Assembly: GCF_006345805.1 (NCBI RefSeq)
Contig: NC_043012.1
Coordinates: 24,118,001 to 24,182,000, forward strand
Direction: 5' to 3'
Origin: Octopus sinensis
Lineage: Eukaryota
Length of the DNA: 64,000 bases
In this document: positions 50,940 to 62,136 of the stretch, one piece after another
Position numbering within the stretch: position 1 is the stretch's first letter
How the letters are laid out: every line of letters starts with the position of its first letter
The notes under the pieces: generated by a model
Databases searched by the model: none
What the model saw: the letters and a program-made list of their open reading frames with translations, nothing else
What the model was told of the DNA's origin: nothing
Translations under genes and position numbers: made by a program

Positions 50940-51640
50940 TGAAAACAGAAATTGGCAATGATATGATGACGATGATGATGATGATGAGGCCGAGGAGGAT
51001 GATGATAATGATGATGTTAGTGATGATAACAATGATGGTTATATGATAATGAAAATGATGACAATGATGATATGACGATGACCACTAAACTGATGATGAC
51101 AATAACTGTGATGATGATGACGATGATGATAACGACAGCATCACTGGTGATGATAACAACGATGATAATGGCAACAATGACGAGGATGATGATGATAACA
51201 ATAGCTTATGTTTATGACAATACTGAAGAATATAATGACAATTATGATATGAATGATGATGATGATGATGACTGCTGCTGCTGCTGTTCATTATGAAGGT
51301 CATGGTGATAATGACACAATAGACGTAGGCATAATGGTATTGAGCAGTGTTGATAATGATAATGGTGATGATGATGATGATAATGGTGATGATGATGATG
51401 ATGATGGTGGTGATGATGATGATGATGATGATGGTGGTGATGATGATGGTGATGATGATGGTGATGATGGTGATGATGATGATGATGATGATGGTGATGA
51501 TGATGGTGATGATGATGGTGGTGGTATCAGTGGTGATTAAAATCGTAATAATGCAGTGATAATTATCATGGTGGTGGTAATGGCTACAGATCATGACAAT
51601 GATGATGATGGTAACAGTGATGATAGTGGTGGTGGGGGGG
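50940..51640. repeat. (GAT)n/(GGT)n low-complexity tract
   Basis: gatgatgat and ggtgatgat runs; source of poly-D/M/I ORFs. Confidence 0.9.
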
Positions 51641-53039
51641 GTGGAGGGATTATTACAGTTTCCATTGAAAATGATGGTGAGAGTGATGAAAATGCTATAA
51701 GAGATGATAATAGAGGTGATATTGTTACAACTAAGAGTGAAAATGATAGCTCAGGGTTCCAGGTTCAGTCCCACAGCATGGCACTTTGGGCAAGTGTCTT
51801 TTACTGTAGTCCTGCAACAACCAAAGTCTTGCAAGTGGATCTGGTATGTGGAAACTGAAAGAAGCCCACTTTATACGTATACATGCGTGTGTGTATGTGT
51901 TTGTCCCCACAACTACTTGATAACCAGTCTTGGTTTGTTTATGTCCTGGAACTAAACACTGGGGTCATTTTGATTTTAAAAAACCACCAAAGAGGTGACC
52001 CAGCATGGCAGCAGTTCAATGATTGAAACAAGTAAAGAAAGAAAAGAAACAACACACTTTAGAAGAAGAACATTGTTGTTGAGAGATGTCAAATCTACTT
52101 TCTGAGACTCTCTTCCCAATTACTGGTTTCTAATTTTGGCTTAAGACAGGCAAGTTCAGAGAAGGGGTAAGTCAGTTTACACTGACCCACCCCTCCCCCC
52201 TAATACTCAACTGGTACTTTATTTTATCAGTCCTGAAAAGATGAAAGGCCAAGTCGACATTGGCAGAATTTGAACTCAGAACACAAAGCTGATGAAATGC
52301 CGTTGAGCATTTTGCCTGGTACAGTAATGATTCTGCCAGCTCCCAGCCTTATTATCTTCCAAATATCAAAAACCGGGATCTGGGAAGCAGGAGGCTGCAC
52401 CAGGCTCCGGTCTTATCCAGCTGTAGAAACATTGCCAGATAAGACTGGAGCCTGGTGCAGCCTCCTGGCTTCCCAGATCCCCGGTCGAACCGTCCAACCA
52501 TGGAGAACGGACGTTAAACGATGATGATGATTATGTAGCTGTGCCTTTTACTTTCTGCCATTTGTATATCAAGGTACAACATTGTTTATCCAGGACCCTT
52601 AATCCCAAAGTCATCCTGGATTACTGAGTTTTCCAAACCAAAGGTAGTCAGCTCTAAAGGAAATATTAAATTTATTCAAATAATTAAAAGGAAATACAGG
52701 TACCTGTACATTAGTATAAATGATACAAGTTTCTTAATACTGTACTGCACAAGGTACTACAAAAGAAGGCTGCCGAATAGGAAACTCGTATGATGGCAGC
52801 AGGAATCTGAAGATAAGTTCCAGCTCATAAATTAGAGAGCATTATAAGAAGTACTGGATCATCCGTGGCCACAAAGTTGGTGTTACACCTGGGCTTCTTC
52901 TTGTATCTGTCACAATATAATCTTTGGAAATTAATGTAGAAAACAGAGCCAAAGTAGAGTAGAAGCCAGGTGAAAGAAGCCAGATGATAGAACAAACCAT
53001 TTGTGTACGACAGAGGAATTTGGTGAAATATTCTATTAT

Positions 53040-53415
53040 TCTTTTACTTGTTTCAGTCATTTGACTGCAGCCATGCTGGAGCACCACCTTTAGTTGAACA
53101 AATTGACCCTAGGCCTTATTCTTTGTAAGCCTATTACTTATTCTATTGGTCTCTTTTGCCAAACTGCTAAGTTACAGGGACATAAACACACCAACATCAA
53201 TTGTCAAGCAATGGTGGGGGAACAAATCAAACACACAAATACATACATGCATACATATATACGATGGGCTTCTCTCAGTTTCCATCTTCCAAATCCACTC
53301 ACAAGGTGCCGGGGGAGGCTGGCAGCAGCCACGATCAGTTGGTGCTTTTTACGTGCCACCGGCACAGAAGCCAGTCAAGGCGGCGCTGGCATCAGCCACG
53401 TTCGGATGGTGCTTA
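53040..53415 (-). mobile_element. SINE A 3' half joined to a family C repeat fragment
   Basis: SINE A tail to AAATCCACTCACAAGG (53040-53305), then GGTGCTTTTTACGTGCCACCGGCACAGAAGCC unit. Confidence 0.7.
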
Positions 53416-53882
53416 AAAAGAACTATGTGATTGAGAAACAAACTTCATACTACACTGTTATGCCTGCAGCAATGTAAAGCCCAAATTACGTCCAGATGAA
53501 TAAGGTCTTTCTGGAATTTGGATATTTTGCAAGAAATAAAAATGAATCATGTTGCTTTGGAGACTCTGAATTTCTTTTCACATTTGTCATATTGCATTTA
53601 ATATCAATGTTGTTCGTTCGGCAGCCAGGAAGGAAATTATTTCTTTCTTTTAACCTCAATCATACAACTTCTGTAAATGGTTGATGTTTAGGTTTACGAG
53701 ATCTAAATGGGATCCAACGTAAGTTACTTTCGAGCACCAAAGGAAAGACGACTCTACTAAGAATGTTGCAAGACTGATAAACTAATAACCAATAGTTATC
53801 AAAATCTTGGCAACAACCATTAGAATTTATCAAGGTGAAAATAATGAATGGCAAAATTTTGAAGTCATTCATAGAAATGACG

Positions 53883-54234
53883 AACACTCAGAGAGGGCAA
53901 ACCTCTGCCAAGGCAAGACTAACGTCCTCTTAACGGTAACTTTTAAAATGACAATATCTGAAATAAACTCAACTGTTCTCACAAGCGAGAATACTAAAAA
54001 TGAACGTGATTGCTCTCAAAATTTAAGTAAAAAAAAAAACAGGAAAAATAATCCAGAATCCTTGTCCGGTACCAGATTGATCCCAAAATCTAATCAGTTT
54101 GTGCCAGTCACGAGGCCAAATATTTCTGAAAGCTTCATCTGATTTCCATCCAGTGATTCTTGAGATATCTTGTCCATGGACAAACAAACAAACATGACTG
54201 AAAACAATACCTCCACCTTCGCTATGGTGGAGGT
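53883..54234 (+). mobile_element. HINE-like (non-autonomous Helentron-type) element
   Basis: 5' AACCTCTGCC matching the 3' hairpin arm, (CAAA)n near the 3' end, terminal hairpin ACCTCCACC-TTCGCTAT-GGTGGAGGT (54209-54234). Confidence 0.6.
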
Positions 54235-54331
54235 TAGAAAGAGATCAAGACAAAGGGCGGTAAGAAGGTAGTTACATTTGTAGATTTGTGTGTGTGTGTG
54301 TGTGCATCCATTTCCAAGTATATATATGTAT

Positions 54332-54385
<54 letters not shown>

Positions 54386-55009
54386 AGTAATCAGATTGAT
54401 ATACATATTAATCTCAACTTCTCTCTCTCTCCCTTTCTATATGTGTGTGTATGTGTGTGTGTGTGTGTGTTAGAGTGGGAGGGGAGAGAAAGAAAAAAGA
54501 GAGTTTTTAAAGAAAGTTGAAAGGAAAGTGACAGTGATAGTTGAATGAAAAAGAAGGTGACGAAAAAGGTGAAAGAGAAGGAGAAGACAAAAAAGAAAGG
54601 AGGAGGAAAGAGGAGAAGAAAAAACAAAACGCAATTCAAGAACTGATGGATTTTAATGGATTTACATTTTGAAAAGAGGGGGAGGGGGTGGATGATTTTT
54701 AAAGAAAAATCAACATCATCATCATCACCAATATGAATAACTACAGCACCACCAAGACCACTGCTACCATCACCACCACTAGTTGAAAGAATAACAAACT
54801 TAATTGCATGCAAAACAAGAGAAAGATGGCATATTTTTGCTGAAAAAGCATTTTATTGGATTCTCCAGAGAATAACAAGAAAAAAATATTAGCAAACACA
54901 ACAAAAACAAATCAAAAAATCTTATTTTAATTTTGGACAAAACAATAACGTCTTTTAAAAATTAACAAAAAAAAAAAAAAAATCAATTCCTAATTATATA
55001 TATATTCTT

Positions 55010-55380
55010 TTATTCTTTTACTTGTTTCAGTCATTTGACTGAGGCCATGCTCGAGCAAATCAACCCCAGAACTTATTCTTTGTAAACCTAGTACTTATTC
55101 TATCGGTCTCTTTTGCCAAACCACTAAGTTACAGGGACATAAACGCACCAGCGTCAGTTGTCAAGCGATGTTGATGGGGGACAAATGCAGACACACAAGT
55201 ACGTTACGTACATACATACGATGTGCTTCTTCCAATTCCTGTCAATCAAATCCACTCACAAGGCTTTGGTCAACCCGAGGCTATAGCAGAGGACACTTTC
55301 CTAAGGTATCACACAGTGGGACTGAACCAAGAAACATGTGGTTGGTAAGCAAGCTACTTACCACACAACCACTCCTGTGC
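55010..55380 (-). mobile_element. SINE family A, diverged full length
   Basis: Reverse complement of tail (CTTGTTTCAGTCATTTGACTG) through head (CTACTTACCACACAACCACTCCTG). Confidence 0.8.
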
Positions 55381-55642
55381 CTATATATATATATATATAT
55401 ATACATATTGTAGTTATTCTTTTTGCTTTCACTGTCTTCAAGATGTCACGTATATAAAAACAAAATTCATTAAAAATTACAACACTTGCAATATGAAATT
55501 ATATATTTTTTCTATGCGGAGGTGGTGGCGTTCATGCCTAGTTTTTTTTTTAAATTACACTTTACTTTTCTTACTTTCTTTAACTGACATAAAAAGTTTT
55601 TCATTATTTTATATATATATCTTAGGCTTGCTATTTGTCCTG

Positions 55643-55681
<39 letters not shown>

Positions 55682-55682
<1 letters not shown>

Positions 55683-56119
55683 TACAGGACATCACTAACT
55701 GTGTAAACAACATGAAGTACAAAAACAAATGAGTTAAATATGTAAACAACAAGAGAAAAAAAATAGAAAACAGGACAAGTAACACAGAACAACCCCTCAT
55801 GAGTTGGCGGCTGTCTACTCCTCATTTCGAGCATTCAACAACAATATGAGTCTTCGAAGACAGTTGCTCTCATAAATTCCCAAATAAAATTTTGGATTTA
55901 TGAAGGGTCAAAGTTAGGAATAAAAATGGGACAGTGGAGACATACAAGAAAACCGAATGGAAACAAACATGGAGAGTAGTTAGACCAGAACGAGAGGAAA
56001 ATAGTGAACACTGGGAGAAGTATTTTCTTTGAAAAGAGTAAAGATAGAAGAGAGAGAAAGAAAAACGTCCAGTCCTTAGAAAATCATACAGGAAAAGATG
56101 GTCTGGTGATGTCCTGTAC
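55682..56119. mobile_element. Element with 14-bp terminal inverted repeats inserted in (TA)n
   Basis: GTACAGGACATCAC at 55682-55695 and GTGATGTCCTGTAC at 56106-56119; (TA)n on both sides. Confidence 0.65.
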
Positions 56120-56241
56120 TCATATATATATATTATTTCTATTATTATTTAAGTGAACATCACATATCTATTTCCAAGTAAGTTTATATATATTTCGATG
56201 GGTGAATGAATTATTCTATGTTGTTGAGAGAGGCTCTCTTT

Positions 56242-56323
56242 CTTTCCTGATGAGAAGATTGCATCTTACACCGTTTATTCCCTTGGAATAAAACCATGCT
56301 GTCTTCGAAACATATGTCGAAAG
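56242..56323 (+). ncRNA. Canonical type I hammerhead ribozyme (family H3)
   Basis: CTTTC-CTGATGA-GAAGA[...]TCTTC-GAAAC-ATAT-GTC|GAAAG: 5-bp stem I, 5-bp stem II extended by GCAT/ATGC and TTTATTCC/GGAATAAA, ACATATGT palindromic stem III, GUC site after 56318. Confidence 0.85.
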
Positions 56324-56386
56324 TAAAGGAATTTTATTAACATCTTTGTTCAACTCCATTTATTTATTCATATAATATATATATAT

Positions 56387-56447
<61 letters not shown>

Positions 56448-57264
56448 GATTTATACACAAAACAGAAACAACATAACAAAAACGAAAGAAATAAAGAAGA
56501 CAGACAGACAGAAGCAAAGGAATGGAAAGAAAGAGTCGGAGGTAATTCGAAGTTTGTGGGAAGTGAGCGAAAGCGAAACTGACAAAATGCCTTTAGTTAA
56601 AAACCACAGTTAAACTAGTATTGATAGAAATAATATGAAGAGAAGCAACTGATAGCAACAGACTTCGTTTCTGTTAGTATTTGTTATGAAAGAAAAGACG
56701 TGGTAAACATCAATAGTTCTTTTAAGCGGCGGTGGCGGTGGCGGGGGTGATGGTGGCAGAGTTTTATCAACCCACACAATAGGACAACAGTTTGTATTAG
56801 CAAATAGACAGACCTGAAAACTTTGTAAATGTATGAATGTGTGTGTGTGTGTCTGGGGAGAGGGGAGGGGGTATACAAGTGTGTCTATGTGTTTTTGAGC
56901 ATGTGTATAAATGTACAGATTCACACACACACAAAGACAATCACATGCACATACCAAAATCCATATACAAACACACACACACACACATACACACAAATAT
57001 ACATCACCTCCGAAGTAGTAATGCAGAATTTAAACGTTTTATTTGAAAGCATGATACATTTAACTTTTACGTGCTTCACTCATTGGATGGCAGCCATACA
57101 AGGACAGAGCTTTGAAAGGATCAGGTGGAAACAAATATACCCAAGTACTTATTTTTTTAAAAACCTGATATTTGTAATAATCTATGCTAAACTGCTAAGT
57201 TATGGGAGAGTAAACAAAACCAGCACTGGCACCCAATCACTGGTGGGGACACAAACACAACAAT

Positions 57265-57300
<36 letters not shown>

Positions 57301-57660
57301 TATATATACACACACATATATATATACACACACATATATATATACACACACATATATATATACACACACATATATATATACACACACACATATATATACA
57401 CACACACACACACATATATATACACACACACATATATATATGTGATATAAATAATATATAAATATATACATATATATGTACATACCTACATATATATGTA
57501 TATATACATGCATATATGGGTACAGGCCATCAAAAAACGTAGACAAAATGAGAAACGAGAACATAAAAAACAAAAACAACAAACTTTTTTCCAACCTTGA
57601 AAGAAACAAACAGAAACGAGACAGACAACATAAAGAACATTCCCTTCATCAGTTGTCCCC

Positions 57661-57697
<37 letters not shown>

Positions 57698-57808
57698 CAA
57701 AACGAGGGTGAAAAATTGGATATTAATTTGGTAACATCAATTATAACACCAGTGGTCTAGCATATAAAAAAACTGAGATTCTGTAAATAGTATTTCATAC
57801 ATAAATAC

Positions 57809-57975
57809 AAGAGGGAATTTTTTTAACCACTATGTGGAAACCCTTATGCTAGAAGAAGATCCGCTATGGTCTCAACCACTAAGAAATTTCTGGAGAACAA
57901 TTCTTAGTGGTTGAGACTATAGCGGATCTTCTTCTAGCATAAGGGCTTCCACCTAGTGGTTAAAAAATTCCCTCT

Positions 57976-57976
<1 letters not shown>
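57809..57976. mobile_element. Near-perfect palindrome (~77-bp arms, ~15-nt loop) adjoining (TA)n
   Basis: AAGAGGGAATTTTTTTAACCACTATGTGGAAACCCTTATGCTAGAAGAAGATCCGCTATGGTCTCAACCACTAAGAA followed by its reverse complement with about 3 mismatches. Confidence 0.85.
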
Positions 57977-58006
<30 letters not shown>

Positions 58007-58371
58007 GCATACATACACACACATATATACATACAGATACAAACACACACATATATATATAGATACACATGCACGCACACACACACAACACACACACATA
58101 CACACAGAGAACAGGTTTCTTTTAGTTACCCTCTACCAAACCTACTCAAAGTTTAGGTTGGCCTACGGGGCTATTATAGAAGACACTTGCCCAATGTGGG
58201 ATTGAACCAAGACCCATGTGATTAGGAAACAAAACTTGTTAGCACACAGACATGCCTGCATATCTAAATCTGAACATCACAGAATTCTCCACCTGACCCC
58301 ACCCCCACCAAATCCTATTTTTCTTTTATTTATGCTCTTCAATTGATCCTCTTTTAACGTTAGTTTGTCAC

Positions 58372-58547
58372 ATAGGCGCAGGAGTGGCTGTGTGGTAAGT
58401 AGCTTGCTAACCAACCACATAGTTCCGGGTTCAGTCCCACTGCGTGGCATCTTGGGCAAGTGTCTTCTGCTATAGCCCCGGGCCGACCAATGCCTTGTGA
58501 ATGGATTTGGTAGACGGAAACTGAAAGAAGCCTGTCGTATATATGTA

Positions 58548-58596
<49 letters not shown>

Positions 58597-58810
58597 ATAT
58601 GTTTGTGTGTCTGTGTTTGTCCCCCCAACATTGCTTGACAACCGATGCTGGTGTGTTTACGTCCCCGTCACTTAGCGGTTCGGCAAAAGAGACCGATAGA
58701 ATAAGTACTGGGCTTACAAAGAATAAGTCCCGGGGTCGATTTGCTCGACTAAAAGCGGTGCTCCAGCATGGCTGCAGTCAAATGACTGAAACAAGTAAAA
58801 GAAAAGAGAG
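58372..58810 (+). mobile_element. SINE family A, full length, young
   Basis: Complete head, microsatellite and tail with CpGs retained. Confidence 0.9.
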
Positions 58811-58959
58811 AGTCCCTGTTCGTAACCTCAAGGCCACAGATTTGGGCTGGGGTATATGAAGCTGTACAGACCCCAGTATTTCACTGGTATTTTATCAATC
58901 CTTGAAGGATGAAGAAACAAAAGGAAGAAAAAACAAAAAAAAACCATCAGTCCTCTACT

Positions 58960-59345
58960 AGCCTGGCTGTGTGGTAAGAGGCTTGCTTGCCAACCACATT
59001 CTGGGTTCAGTTTCACTGCATGGCACTTTATGCAAGTGTCTTCTACCCTAGCCTCAGGCTGACAAAAGCCTTGTGAGTGGATTTGGTAGACAGAAACTGA
59101 AAAAAGCATGTTGTATAAGTGTGTGTGTGTGTGTGTGTGTGTTTGTTCCCCTCCACCACCTGACAACTGGTGTTGGTGTGTTTACATCCCCATAACTTAG
59201 CGGTTTGGTAAAAAGGATTGATAGAATAAGTACTAGACTTTAGAAAAATATAAGTGATGGGGTGGATTCATTTGACTAAAAATTCTCGAAGGTGGTGCCC
59301 CAGCATGGCCATAGTCAAATGCCTGAAACAAGTAAAAGACGAAGA
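58960..59345 (+). mobile_element. SINE family A, older diverged copy
   Basis: GGCTGTGTGGTAAGAGGCTTGC...GGTGGTGCCCCAGCATGGCCATAGTCAAATGCCTGAAACAAGTAAAAGA. Confidence 0.8.
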
Positions 59346-59660
59346 TATACTAGTGTCAATATTATTGAGCATACCCCCTGCCCATCCACCCAAATGCGAG
59401 GTTTTGTTTTGATTGCATTTGGTCTTGATGCAATTTACTCTCCAAATGCTAAACTTGGAACAAATACCGTAATTCTTTAATATATCAGTTTATTCGGTCA
59501 AAATTAATGCTTCTGTAGTCACATTATCTTGAATTAAGCCTGCATTGTGCTGTGGCTCTGATATTTCAATGATGGATGGTTGGCTATTTTTCAGAATGAT
59601 ATTGCTGTGTAGGTGTGAGAGGCTGAATCCAGCCAGTTTGAACATAAAACAAGGTAGAAT

Positions 59661-59868
59661 ATGTAATCAGTTTAAATGCTAAAGGGAGAAGGCATTTTTC
59701 CTGACAATCTAAAGGTTTTAATAATAATAATAATAATCCTTTCTACTATAGGAACAAAGCCTGAATGTAACCAGTTTAAATGCTAAAGATAGAAGGCATT
59801 TTTCCTGACAATCTAAAGGTTTTAATAATAATAATAATAATCTTTTCTACTATAGGAACAAAGCCAGA
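59661..59868. repeat. 104-bp tandem duplication spanning a MITE end and an adjacent repeat
   Basis: ATGTAA(T/C)CAGTTTAAATGCTAAAG...CTATAGGAACAAAGCC at 59661 and 59765. Confidence 0.85.
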
Positions 59869-60429
59869 AATTTGGGGAAGGGGAGAAGCTGATAACACTG
59901 ACCCCAGTGTTTCACTGGTACTTAATTCATCGACCCCAAAAGGATAAAAGGCAAAGACGACTCAGTGGAATTTGAACTCAGTAGATATATAATAATAATG
60001 ATGATGATGATTTCAAATTTTTGGCACAAGGCCAGCAGTTTCTGAGGGAAGGGGAAGTTGATTACATCAACACCAGTATTTGACTGGTACTTATTTAATC
60101 AACCCTGAAAGGTAAAGTCAACCTTGGTAGAATTTGTGCCAGCAAAATGCTGCTAAGCATCTTCTCCAATATGCTAATGAGTCTGCCAGCTTACCACCCT
60201 AAGATCAACAATAACGATTTTTTTATTTTATTTTTTTTTTTCAATAATGGCACAATGCCAAGAACTTTTAGATAGGAAAAGAAAAGTGAAATGTAGACCT
60301 CCAATGTTTGTACATTATTTTATAGAACCTAGAAAGAGATACCTTGAGGTCTACATAGGCAGAATTTGAACCTAAAATATAAATACATATTAGCTAAAAA
60401 ACTCATTTGACAGCAGCCATGTCAGGACA

Positions 60430-60842
60430 CTCTCTTTTACTCTTTTACTTGTTTCAGTCATTTGACTGCGGCCATGCTGGAGCACCGCCTTTAGTCGAGC
60501 AAATTGACCCCGGGACTTATTCTTTGTAAGCCCAGTACTTATTCTATCGGTCTCTTTTTGCCGAACCGCTAAGTTACGGGGACGTAAACACACCAGCATC
60601 GGTTGTCAAGCGATGGTGGGAGGACAAACACAGACACACAAATATATACACACACATACATATATTTATATACATATATACGACAGGCTTCTTTTAGTTT
60701 CCGTCTACCAAATCCCACTCACAAGGCTTTGGTCGGCCCGAGGCTATAGCAGAAGACACTTGCCCAAGATGCCACGCAGTGGGACTGAACCCGGAACCAT
60801 GTGGTTGGTAAGCAAGCTACTTACCACACAGCCACTCCTGCA
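60430..60842 (-). mobile_element. SINE family A, full length, young
   Basis: Reverse complement of the complete element; very similar to 58372-58810. Confidence 0.9.
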
Positions 60843-62001
60843 CCTCAAACAATTTAGAGAAACAAACTGACAAAAAGCATGTGCTTTGTTCTAAGTATGA
60901 CACTAATTTTATCAATTTCTTTTGTTGAACTGCTAGGTTATGGAGACAAACCAACACTGCAGACAAGCAGTGGTGATAGACAAATATGCATGCACACACA
61001 CATACTGGGCTTCCACACAGTTTCCATCAATTGAAGTCACTCACAAGGCAATGGACAGCCCAGTGCTATAGAAGAAAGATGCTTGCCCAAGCTGCAGCAT
61101 AGTGGGGCTGAACCCGAAACCATCCAGTCGCAAAGTGAGCCTCTTAACCACACAGCCAAGTCTGTGCCGACAAGACATTTTTTCACTGGTCTACCGATTC
61201 CGGTAAGTAAGTAAATATATACAGCAACAACAACAAATATTTTTAAATAAAAAAAAAAATCGGGGAAAAAAAAAGTTACTTTGGACTGGTCATAAAATAA
61301 AACCCGAAAAAATAATGTAAACTTTAAAAAAGAAATTAGAAGAATAAAAATAAAACTATAAAAAATTGTGTATACATACATACACATATACATACATATA
61401 TATATATATGTATATATACATACATACACATATACATACATATATATATGTATATATACATACATATATATATATGTATATATACATGTAGTTATATATA
61501 TATATATATCAAATAGGAAAAAAATATTGTGATGAAAGTTGAAAGACTGATGACAGATAATAAAAAAAAATACCCACCCCCTCACAAACAATAACGCAAA
61601 AAATATCCATTAAAAATAAAAAAAAAACAAAAAACTAACATCAAGTTATTTTTATATTAAAACAGGTAAAAATTCTGACACACACTCACAAATAAAAACA
61701 AAAACAAAATCAGATGGCGCTTAGCAAAATACCAAAATATAAAAAGTAACAAAAAATTAAAAGCCAAAGGAAAAAAAGAAAAACAATAAATAAAATGAAA
61801 TTATACAGACTGGTAGTGATAAAAGAAAGGAAAATAAAAAAAAATAAATGAATGACAATAAGATAAAGGAAAAGAATAATAATAAAAATATTATAAAATA
61901 TACAAAAATATATAAAATAAAGAATTTTTTTTAAGCAAATCAAATTCATATTAAAAGATCTGAAGAAACAACGTGAACAACAACTGTAATAACAATATAT
62001 T

Positions 62002-62032
<31 letters not shown>

Positions 62033-62035
62033 CGA

Positions 62036-62085
<50 letters not shown>

Positions 62086-62103
62086 ATATATATACATTTA
62101 TGT

Positions 62104-62136
<33 letters not shown>

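Noticed and set aside
52550-53040. YKKYWIIRGHKV as a hemopexin/MMP-like motif
   Set aside because: Short match within a stop-riddled frame, with no supporting splice sites or neighbouring repeats of the domain.
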